A stretch of 64,000 bases of DNA from Tubiluchus corallicola (Eukaryota; Animalia; Priapulida): the NCBI GenBank assembly GCA_030141605.1, contig JAQGDQ010000042.1:186001-250000 (forward strand). The letters are read 5' to 3'. Every line of letters starts with the position of its first letter. Within the stretch, counting starts at the first letter, position 1. This document shows, piece by piece, positions 1 through 10,099 of this stretch. The notes under the pieces were generated by a model. It searched no databases. It had not been told where the DNA came from and was given only the letters and a program-made list of their open reading frames with translations. The translations under genes were made by a program, and so were the position numbers.

Positions 1-1551
1 TGAGTAGTATGTTACTCCAGCGCTTGTAGCACTGTTCTCAGTCACACAGGGCATTGCGATCCAGCACCATCTCAACCTAATGCCACTCTAGGCAAAAAAC
101 TAGTCAAAGCGCTTGCCTCACACAAAACTTAGTCAATACCAAAGGCTCTTTGATGTCCCCTCAGGTCAAATTTGTGTCTCACCAAACTTGAATATATTGA
201 CACACTCTACATGTTTACTTTTCAAATGATCTCACCTGTCTTGATAGTTTGGCTGCCACCTTCTTCCTTCATCTCATTCCCTGTGTCATTGGCAACGTGG
301 ATGTTATTTGTTTTCAAAAACGTTACGTATTAATGATGTTAATAAGATCCGAAATAACTCGGTGCGCAACTGGGACACAGGATTGTGGACAAGCTGTTTC
401 TTTTGCCCTGTCTCCATGGGAACCTTGAATTGCTCTTGACTACCAAGGCTAGGAACATCACTGAAGCAGGTAGCTAGTTGGCACGTAAAGTATTGTGCGG
501 CTTTTAGAAGACACATATCCTGCCAGCCTAAACAGAATTCAAATTTTGTTAAGAGTATCTTGTTCTCACTATGGGACTCAATTCCTTGATAGTATTTACA
601 GGACAGACTTCGTCTACTACATTCTGAGTAGGGCCCCAGTAATACATCTAGCCATCTAGCCACACAACATGACTAATAGTCTAGCTATGCTATTATATCC
701 TCAGATTCTGTCCCTGGCTGAGCTCAAGTTTGACTTCTGTGACTGGTGGTCACTCGCCATTATTGCTGGAGTAGATGGACCTGACAAGGACTGACAGAAT
801 TTCAGATCTCCAGTGATAATGCCACCATTTACACAGTACCATTTTAGAGGCTGGAGACACTTCGCTCGCGAGTGTTTCGTTCATTCGATCTCATTATCTG
901 TTGTTCACGACGCACGTTTCTTACCCAAGGATTTCTAACACCTTTATTCAAATCAGCCAAGTTTCTCTTCAGTGTCACGTAGTCAGATTATCAAGGTGAA
1001 CCCTCTTCTTTCCCACTTTCCTTTAAATTTGTGACTCTCTTATAAATTTGAAATAACAGAGAGATTTGTGGGAATTGATAGAACCTTGCGTGACGTTTCT
1101 CTGGGGAATCGGTTGGTTATGTTTTTGGTAGCGGGTGAAGTAGAATTTACTTATTAAAACACATGCAGCTTCAATTCGAGTTACTTAAACCGATTTATGT
1201 TTCATTTATAATATATTCCGATACATTAAATAGCATGTTTCATTTTGTGTTTAGTGTGATAAAAGTTTACATTCCTAAAATTAATAGTATTTTAATGTTT
1301 CCAAAGACAAAGGCAAAAAAGGCAAAGGCAACATTTATTTACCGTCGCTAATTTAACAGACAACATGTAAAAGCACTAACAGCTATTTAGCAACTTACAC
1401 AAGTACGCAACACACAAACAACGAATAACGTGTAAGGTATATACCCTGGCGTTGGCAGCCGTTAGTTTCGAGTTCAAGACTGTATTAGCATGATAGAATA
1501 TGTATCAATAAGCAATTATGTATCCAGTTAATTGTAATTTCGTGTATGCAG

Positions 1552-1622
1552 GAATATATGGTAAAATATGGTTATCTTCTCGACAAGGACTCATCGCGCA
1601 ATGAAATTGAACAAGGAATAAC
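1552..1622 (+). CDS. MMP exon: propeptide N-part (EYMVKYGYLLDKDSSRNEIEQGI)
   Basis: tatgcag acceptor, gtaagt donor; matches the YLxKYGYL-type MMP propeptide motif. Confidence 0.85.
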
Positions 1623-4527
1623 GTAAGTTTTGTTTTTTTGTTCATTCGATGTTCGTGTTGTCACCGCCATCGCTGTCACAAACCACCTCTAACACCGCCA
1701 CTGCCGCCGCCACCTCCAACACCGTCACCGGCACCGCCACCAAAACCACCACAATTGCCGCTGCCACAGCTGCAGCCACTACCATCATCATCATCATCCA
1801 TCGTCGTCGTCGTCGTCGTCATCATCATCATCATTAAACAGTAACCATTGTTTACATTCTTCAGTGCATCTGACAGTGAAACGAAGAATTAATCGTTTTT
1901 GTCGACATTATTTTTTGTACGCAGACAACTAGAAAAAGTGGCTAATGAGATTGGGAAATCATCCGAAGAATTTATTCAAGAACCAAGATGTGGTAACCCT
2001 GACAGAGTGGCATCGTCACAAGCAAACAACATTCAATCTCGGATACCTGCAGCTCAGATATCAGCAAAAGCCTTAGATGGAAAAACAGGTGATAGCATTT
2101 TAGTTTAAGGCATGTATCCTATGGGGCAGTTATGACAAATTAATTGTAGATTTGTAGAATGTTCAATTTCATATAATTTGAGATCAAATTTACAAAAAAA
2201 CAATGAAACAATGACAAAAACACACATACAATTCCAACAGAGAAACACAGAGATACAATCACATCTCAAAATTTAGTTGTAATTTTAGGGTGACTGTATG
2301 ATTTGTTATGTAATTTCTATATAATAATACCTAAAATTCGCATATTTGTCTGCAAATTCAGCACAGCTAAATGAATAATGTTATGTTCTATTAGGTAATT
2401 TTTACCAAAGATGGTGGTTTACCTGCGACCTAACTTGGAAACTAGTCAACTCATCTTCAAAAACAGACGATATTTACATAAGGTGATTTAAAACAATTCT
2501 ATTAAACTTAAAATAAACTCCAAAACTAGATAGAATATGAAAAAGAAAAAAAAAATCATAAAAATGCAATTACAGTAAAACGCATGAAAATTACCAAACA
2601 CGTTTCAACACTTATACTGGTGTCATCATCACGAGAAGGTGATGAGACACGTTTGGCTATTTCAACGTGTTTTGCTATATTTTGCATAAATTTTTATGAT
2701 TTTTATACTCTATCTAACTTTAAAGTTTGTTTCTAAGTTTAAAAATACATAATTATATTCTTAAAGAATAGTTCGTTACATATTTAAAATCGTTCAGTGT
2801 TAATACATTGCAATTATTCCGGTTCCCAAGCAATGTTTTTAGTATGTGCTATTAGACCTACTACTATACTTACTATGATGTAACTAAGCTTAGTAAACTT
2901 TTATTGTGAATAAAGATAATAAATGTTGGTGGTTTCGCTGAGAACTGGTGTCAAAATTCACAGACACGACACGGAATGTTCGAGTACATTTGCGCATGGG
3001 AGCATGGGGCAGCGTTGCTTTGTATGGGGTTGCATTATTCCTTGAGGCTTGGAATGAGCTAAAGCGGTGTATTAAAAGGGATTCATTTTTTGTACTAATG
3101 TATTTCAATCTTTCTTAAGAAGTGCTCTCTAGAGGGTTAAAATCAGTGGCTTTGACATAAATCATTGCCAACAGGACAGCGTCAGACAAAGTAATGTAGT
3201 CGTGAAGTGCTGTCAATATATGAAGGAGCTGATTTCGACAGTTGAAAGGTCCTTCTTTCTTCATTTTTGAAAAATATTAAGGGAGTAATCTTACCCTGTA
3301 TGAGCGCTATTTTAATTTAATATTTATTTATTTCTCTGTCCAGGCTACCCATCCACCTACCCATCAGTCTGTTCTCATGTTACCTCTTGTTACCTATTTG
3401 CCTGATAATCTACATGTCTACCTGCCAGCTTGCCTGTCTGTTTGTCTATTGTTCGTTCATAGTTTGTTTGTCAATTGTTCTATTTATTCGTATACCTATG
3501 TACTTACCTATTTCCATACTTAATACATATCTGCCTACTAACCCTCTACTTACCCACTTACCTTATCTACCTGCCTGTCTGCCTGCCTGCCTATCTACAT
3601 ACCTACCTACTTACATTCCTGCCTACCTACACCTACCTACCTACATACCTACCTACATACCTTCCTACCTACCTACCTACCTACCTACCTAGTTACCTTC
3701 CTGCCTATCTACGTGCCTATCGGCCTACCTACTTCCTACCTGCCTATCTACTTACCTACATGCCCACGTATCTACCTACCAGCTTTCCTACCTACCTACC
3801 TGCCTGTCTACCTACTACCTACCTGCGCCTGCCTGCCTGGCTGCCTGCCTTCTTACCTAACTGTCTTCCTACGAACCTAACTACCTATTTACCTGCTTGC
3901 CTACTTACATGCTTACCTGTCTACCGCTCAAAGGTGAAGTTATTGTTAAATCTAGCGTCAACATTTCTACTTTAGAAAAGATCTTTTAATTTTGTAGAAA
4001 AGCATTTCAAAAAGCAGTTGACACGTGGTTAGAAGCCATTAACCACGCTGGGACTAACCCGCCAGTTCTCACCCTCACTGAAGTCACAGACGATAGTGAA
4101 GCCGACATCGGAGTAGGTTTCCTCCCACGCAAACACGGTGACGGAAAACCGTTTGACAGCGATCCAAAATTTAACGAGTACGCCCACGCCTTTTACCCTT
4201 TCGTCACGAAAAGCAAGCAGTTACAGGGTGATGTGCATTTTGATGACACCGAAAACTGGAAAAATGCTGCTGATCTATTAGCTTTTACTGCTCTTCATGA
4301 GTTAGGCCATGCACTGGGGCTGCCACATGCCACCATTAAAGAATCAATTATGTTTCCTACTGTGAGTGGAAAGACAGTGAGGAGGAAAACATTGTATGAG
4401 TTTGATAAACAGAACATCAGAAATTTATATCGTGAGTATTTTAATTGCTTTGAAAGTAGACAAGTCTAAGATCTAGTGGAGCTTCTCAGTTAATTTTGTA
4501 CATGATTTTAGTTGCTTCTCGTGGTGG

Positions 4528-4558
<31 letters not shown>

Positions 4559-4900
4559 AACAATTATGATGATGGTCATCACGATGGTGTTGGCAGTGAT
4601 AATGTTGGAGATGATGATGATGGTGGTGGTGGTGGTGATGATGAGACGACGACTACGACTACGACTACGACTACGACTACGACTACGACTACGACTACGA
4701 CTACGACTACGACTACGACTACGACGACTACGACATTGAAGATGATGATATCAGTTTAAAAACTAATGACATGCCTTCCGTGTTAATTCAATATTCTGAG
4801 AGCATTTACTATTAAACAAGTTTTTTCATGTATCTTTATTCATTATTTAACTGGTTCTTTTGTAGCTTTTCGCTTGTGCGATATGTTTGACAAGAAGTAA
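1552..4900 (+). CDS. Matrix metalloproteinase (M10A/matrixin), minimal form without hemopexin domain; exons 1552-1622, 1925-2088, 2395-2482, 3998-4431, 4866-4900 (5' signal-peptide exon not identified)
   Basis: All introns are GT-AG with consistent phases; joined length 792 nt = 263 aa + TAA. Motifs: propeptide EYMVKYGYL, cysteine switch PRCGNPD, RWWFTCDLTW, HGDGKPFD, AHAFYP, GDVHFDD, zinc site HELGHALGLPH, Met-turn ESIMFP, C-terminal helix DKQNIRNLY. Confidence 0.93.
1660..1835. repeat. Compound trinucleotide microsatellite (CCG/CAC/CAT/CGT) in MMP intron
   Basis: Directly visible; explains low-complexity ORFs 1638..1844 and 1649..1837. Confidence 0.9.
1925..2088 (+). CDS. MMP exon: cysteine switch (PRCGNPD)
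   Basis: ttttttgtacgcag acceptor, gtgata donor; overlaps ORF 1899..2108. Confidence 0.92.
2395..2482 (+). CDS. MMP exon: start of catalytic domain (NFYQRWWFTCDLTWKLVNSSSKTDDIYI)
   Basis: ctattag acceptor, gtgatt donor; WxxxxLTW motif; phases match both neighbours. Confidence 0.88.
2503..2740. repeat. Imperfect fold-back (inverted repeat) with a hammerhead-like core, in MMP intron
   Basis: Arm aaacttaaaataaactccaaaactagatagaatat...aatcataaaaatgcaa...ccaaacacgtttc matches the reverse complement of 2645-2740. Minus strand of the centre reads TGATGA-TGACAC-cagtataa-GTGTT-GAAAC. Confidence 0.65.
3040..3255 (-). mobile_element. Degenerate Penelope-like element GIY-YIG endonuclease C-terminal fragment
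   Basis: Minus frame TALHDYI...DFNPLESTS*ERL...KNESLLIHRF resembles the PLE tail SAIxDH...DFxIL...IKESLLI; contains a stop codon. Confidence 0.45.
3345..3925. repeat. Degenerate (CTAC/CTGC)n tetranucleotide array in MMP intron
   Basis: Directly visible; explains the LPTY-repeat ORFs. Confidence 0.95.
3998..4431 (+). CDS. MMP exon: main catalytic domain with HExxHxxGxxH and Met-turn
   Basis: ttttgtag acceptor, gtgagt donor; open frame KAFQKAVDTW...HELGHALGLPH...ESIMFP...IRNLY. Confidence 0.96.
4520..4750. repeat. (GAT)n + (GACTAC)n microsatellite in MMP intron
   Basis: Directly visible. Confidence 0.95.
4866..4900 (+). CDS. MMP terminal exon (PFRLCDMFDKK*)
   Basis: ttcttttgtag acceptor, phase 1 matches the previous donor; TAA at 4898-4900; AATAAA at 5283. 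Confidence 0.7.
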
Positions 4901-7674
4901 CTGAACTACTTGTTGTTTACACCAAAGAAAATTGATGAAGTTTGGTTTAACACAGTTGCAACCAAAGAAGAAACTGTGAAGAAAATGCATAGCAAAAAGT
5001 TAGGTACACACAGGAAAAAACACTAGTTGATGTTGTTGGTAATTTGTGTGTACTTCGACATCCCTTTTACATGTATGGTAGTTAGCTAGATATTTGGCTT
5101 TGCTCTAGTTTTCCTTTATATTTCCGTTTTCCAAGAAAGTTAGGGAAACGCTCGTTACGTTTCTTACGTTATTGTTGTTATTACGATTGTTTTTTGCTCA
5201 GCTTTGTTATCAGCCTAATTATGACGCTAATTATAAACATGCGAGCACGTTTTTTTACAAGTTTAATTGTTTTTAAATGAGCAATAAAATGTTTATTGTT
5301 ATATACGTAAGATGGGCCTAAACTCTGACTTCAGATGGTACTGTGTTTGAATAATTTTGAATTTGAATAAATTCCAAAATTTCATAAATTTGAATAAAAA
5401 ATTGAAAAATGAAAAAAGGAGAAATTGTACGAGCCATTAACGCCAGTTGCCTTTTCTGTTTGAATGAAAACGTTAATCAAATACAAGTTATGTAGCTGTT
5501 GATTTTATTAGTATTATATATATGTGTACATACATATAACATAGATATACATAGGTTAATTATAGCTAAAAGCCCTACATATTGTATGAGATAAAAAATG
5601 TTATTAAGTTGAGTGAAATTCCAGTGGTGAATTAAGATGGTTAATTTGTTAACTATTTTGTGATAAATTGAAGTTTTTTACATTGCGCAGTAATGATATT
5701 TTTAATTTATAAGTTCTTCATTTTTTGCGTTTGTTGATTTTTTATTACATTCATTCATGCGGTTAATCTGTGAAATAATATAATATTTACCTAAATACAT
5801 ATATATTCTTTTGTTATGTTTGGTCTTAACGGACCGTTATGCCAGTTATGCAACGTGAAATAGTTTGACTTAGTTGTGTTGTAACAGATACAAATAAGTA
5901 TAAAAGAAAAAATGCATGATTCAGTTTTATTTGTATACTATCATCATTTATCACGTACTCGCTGTATAACACATATTTAACAAAATAAAAGCAAAAACTC
6001 TAAAAAGACAAGCAATCATGTTACTTACACAGTGACGAATAATTTCTATTACTGAAGCAACGAGCGTTGCGACGGAAAGAAATTACATCATTTTCTATTG
6101 ACAGACTCCTTAACATCATGCGGGCTATGTACTCTAATGACACACAGCTAATAAAATGATGATAATATAAAGAGACTATAATAATATGAAGCGGCGCATA
6201 GATTCTCACTTTAAAATATTTTTCTTTTTAATCGTGTGCCGCTAGTTTGTATATTCAAGACCGATAAATCAACTTAGGGAAGTAAAACCGAAGAACATAT
6301 CAAAGATTCCGGCAAATCTTGTTTCTCTTGTTCCTGCAGAAGACAGAAAGCAGACTGAAGATGACGATGTCCAGGAGTAGCTTGATGAAATCGCGCGCGA
6401 CTACGTTAAAAAAATCGAAGATATTCTCAATACCCAGAATCAGGAATGGAAGCGAGTGTTTAACAAGACAGAAACTCTTAGTACGCATTACATGTATTAT
6501 AGTTTTTTATATTTAAATGTAAAAGTTTAGGTCAGTAAGTTAGGTCAGAAGAGCAGAGCCAACAGAAATTTATCGACATAATTCAATTTTAATTAATCAA
6601 AATTATACTTCATAACTGATCACAGCTTTCAACGTCAGGGCTTGCTTAATGTACGTAAACGGTTGTAAAGGGATCATTCCCGAAGCTCATTAATTTTTGT
6701 ACTTAACGTCGGTTAATGATCTAACTGGTGAGATTATTATATTACTGAAAATAAGAGTCACCTTTAACTTATTTGCTACATTTGATTTAGTATGTTTACT
6801 CACACTACTAACCACTGATGAGCACTGAGAAGAATATACATACTAAAAGATCCTATTTAGTTGTAATAACAGTTATTATTAGTGCTCTGTATAAAATAGT
6901 GGTAAGTATTATTGTTGTAAAAGACGAACTATCTTTTTTGTACATAGTGGGTTGTTTAAAAACTGCTCAAAGTGGATGCGGCACCCGCAAGGAAGCATGC
7001 CCTAAAAACTCTGAGTGTAAACTTACTGGCGAAACAATGAAATATGTCTGTCAGCAATCGTATATCAATATTTTTGATAGTTGCATTCGTAAGTTTTTAA
7101 GAAATATTTACGTAAATTGAAAAAATAGTCTGGATAAGGCTTAACATTCCTCTATTAAAGCACCAAGGTCAGAAACGGATCAGCTCTTTCAAACTTGTGA
7201 CCTACAGCGATTAGGACAAATTGGAATATACATGAATCAAATTGATTCATACATGTACTAATGATTATGTACCTCAGCCTACTGAAAGCCGAGTCCACAC
7301 ATAGAGGCCTAATTAATGTAGATGCTTGTGGTAGGACTGGAACCTATTTTAACAGAAATAATTCTTTAAGATAAGACGTGCCTTAGCCACTTTCGGATGT
7401 GAACTCATCCTCTCTTTGTAATGAAGTAAACAGCCTGAGTCAGACTGGTAAACGAAGATGACTGCAGTGAGAATTGCACCAAAGTGGTTACAAACCCTTC
7501 ACGTTAAATGTATCAGCCTTAGCATTACCTAGTTTGGTAGTGAAGCATACGTCACGACCGTTTAACTCCTTCGAACACTTAAATTTTGTAATTTAACTTT
7601 TTTGAGTACGATGAGTTACACAAAAATGTATGACGTCAATTCTAGACTAGCGACCCATAATTGTAATCTACTGT

Positions 7675-7810
7675 AAAAATGATTAATGCATCCGTCACTG
7701 TAGATTTATATTTATGTACTAAAATGATTAATGCATCAGTCACTGTAGATTTATATTTATGTACTAAAATGATTAATGCAACAGTCACTGGAGATTTATA
7801 TTTATGTACT
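7675..7810. repeat. 45-bp tandem repeat x3 (taaaatgattaatgcatcagtcactgtagatttatatttatgtac)
   Basis: Three near-identical adjacent copies in intron 2 of the EGF-TM locus. Confidence 0.9.
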
Positions 7811-8459
7811 ATACTCTTTTTATTTTATCCATTAGACATTGCCCGTACGTCTGTACTTCTTTTCAGATAAAACAGTTGTTCAGACACTATATGGCTGGAT
7901 TAGCATCTTTATACTGATTGTAGTAGTAGCTCTTACATATACCTGCATAAAGTACAGGTAGATTTACACGAACTAAATACCTATGTAGCATATACTATAA
8001 GTATATGATAATTGATTGATAAATGTGCAGATTTAAATTTAACAAGTTTTCTGTATTCTGTGTTATCAAACTTTTATCATACCAACAACTGGCTGTTCCC
8101 AGTTTTACATGCACCAAATAACTTAGATGCGTAAATTAATTTTGATCGCGTCATAAAAAATAATGGAATAGTTTGAAGTTTACCAGATTGATGTTAAAAA
8201 CGCTAATGTGTAAATACCAAAAAATTTAGTTCATTCCCTCAGCATTTTTTCCTAATGATACAAAAGTTTTAAAACAGTAAATGAAAAACGACAATTCTTC
8301 CCTTTAATTCTTCTAAATCAAACGGCTCTGTGCGGCTATCGTGCATTTTGTTTCGGAACTTTTTTACAGCAGTTCCTAGGATAAATTCAATTTTTTTCTT
8401 GGCAGCAAATCCTTATCAGTACTTTATTTTCAGCTATCATTGCCCAAGCATTTAAATTT

Positions 8460-8655
8460 TTAACATACAAGAGTTTCCCGGCCATAACTTCAAAATTGTA
8501 AAACTATAAAATTGTAACTTTCACAACCAAACAACCAAAAACTAATAAACTGTAGTACCATGCTGTGAAATTGCAACTTTGTAGAGTGCTCGCTTCTAAT
8601 ATTACTGTAGTCTAAATGTAAACTTCGGTATAGTTTTTCTATGCCACCCGATGTA
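8460..8655 (-). mobile_element. Tc1/mariner-like transposon end; same family as 35408-35555
   Basis: Shares aactttgtagag..cttgctt..atat..tgtag.ctaaat and ggcc.taactt with 35.4-35.55 kb; minus terminus TA-CATCGGGTGGCATAGAAAAACTATACCGAA. Confidence 0.55.
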
Positions 8656-8944
8656 AAGCTTGCTTGTCGTACTACAGGAGTGACATTTCAAAGCACGAAA
8701 AGACTTTAAAGCAGGAAAAGTCTTCGAGACAAGAAAAGGATTTAAAACTGGAAAAAATCGATGACAACGGAAAAAATATTTCAATAACGAGTACGTAAGA
8801 AATTCGCAAATTTTAATTTGCTATTTAAATTGTTATCGGTATGAGACCTGGCTATTCAAGATGCTATTTGAAGATGATAATATTTTATTTGAAAGCATTT
8901 TGTAAGTACTGTTTAACAAATACATGAATGATATCGACTTTGCT

Positions 8945-9070
8945 ACTGATTTACAATACAGATTACATGAATACAATACAGATTTACAATACAGATTACA
9001 TGAATACAATACAGATTTACAATACAGATTACATGAATACAATACAGATTTACAGTACAATTTACACGAA
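8945..9070. repeat. 33-bp tandem repeat x3-4 (acagatttacaatacagattacatgaatacaat)
   Basis: Directly visible; explains ORF 8833..9060. Confidence 0.9.
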
Positions 9071-9596
9071 TGATGTCGATACCGATTTACAAAACAGGTA
9101 GCAGCAGTGATGATGCGATACTAGCAAAAGTCATGTCTGCAGAGAAACATCATTCTCGTGTTTTATTTGTTAGGGCCACGGTTAAAGAAGAAGAATTCTG
9201 TTTTTACGACATAATTGTGAGTAAATTAATAGTCCCTTAAATATGATTATATAGCATTCTTATCTCTACATCGGTTACAGTCAAATCTTGTGTTCAATTT
9301 AGTAGCCAACAGTTAATCACTTTCTGCAACTGATACGTTTTTCAAAAAGGATTTTAATGTATTTTCTCAGTGGAAAAGATTCCAGAATAGATCGGATCGT
9401 GTAGGAGTTATCAATTTCTTCTCATAGATGTCAGGAATGGTTAACTGGCTGTCTGTTCATAAACAGAATGTGCCTAAACTGCGTGCAATGCAAACTTCTG
9501 CTATAACAATCATCGCATTTTTTTAACGCAGTAAACGAAGAAGAAGAATATGACTATTGTAAAAGAATCATATACATTGTAATAGAAATTCTTGCA

Positions 9597-10060
9597 TTGT
9601 CTGCTTATTCAGGTCTCACAACAGTTTTTGAAAACAATAAACTTTCTCTTGCAACGAAAGTCCGGATCCTTTTAACTTTAGTTGAACCTATGTTTTTGTA
9701 CAATGCTGAGCTATGGACAATGAAAGCTAAACAGCAGAAGGAAATTGACGCTTATCAAAGACGTTTCTATAGAAAATTACTAGGAATTAAATGTCCTGCA
9801 AAATATCCATTGATGATCTGTATTATGTGGCCAAGAAGAATTCTTGGGGTAAAGAAATACAAGTGAGAAGATTGCATTGGTTTGGACATGCACTAAGATT
9901 ACCTCAAGAGTCTCCTCTTCCTATAGCATTACGTAAAACTCTTGAAACGACAAAAAAGCCAAGAGGGGGTCAGCTGCTGACGTATATAAATACACTGCAA
10001 AAAAGCGTTAGCAAATACAAATCTAGTTTTGATAGATGTAGTATCGTAGGCACTGGTGGT
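9597..10060 (+). mobile_element. Degenerate non-LTR retrotransposon, C-terminal part of ORF2 (RTE-like)
   Basis: ATKVRILLTLVEPMFLYNAELWT...RKLLGI, then frameshifted IQVRRLHWFGHALR...KKPRGG; resembles RTE post-RT motifs LLYGxExW and RRLRWFGH. Confidence 0.8.
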
Positions 10061-10099
10061 GAACAGGAATGCGTGGCATCAACAGGTGGGACGTGCCAA

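Larger units (their letters stand above)
6186..9427 (+). pseudogene. Probable pseudogene/null allele of a type-I membrane protein with one EGF-like domain; exons 6186-6480, 6948-7088, 7867-7957, 9174-9216, 9371-9427
   Basis: GT-AG introns, joined 627 nt (209 codons). Signal-peptide-like MKRRIDSHFKIFFFLIVCR, acidic ectodomain, phase 1-1 EGF-like exon (CGTRKEACPKNSECKLTGETMKYVCQQSYINIFDSC), TM helix (LYGWISIFILIVVVALTYTCI-KYR), short tail ending FFS*. In-frame TAG at 6243 and 6378; the expected 4th EGF Cys reads TAT (Tyr). Confidence 0.72.

Noticed and set aside
304-663. 119-aa minus-strand ORF
   Set aside because: No recognisable domain or splice structure; neighbouring frames are broken.
1163-1351. 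Candidate signal-peptide exon of the MMP
   Set aside because: No convincing signal peptide with a phase-0 donor; the first exon probably lies upstream of the window.
3387-3975. ORFs of 101 and 166 aa (LPTY repeats)
   Set aside because: Translation of an intronic (CTAC)n microsatellite.
4496-4759. Poly-D/poly-T ORF as an MMP hinge or mucin stalk
   Set aside because: Microsatellite with no convincing acceptor or donor; a phase-matched terminal exon exists at 4866.
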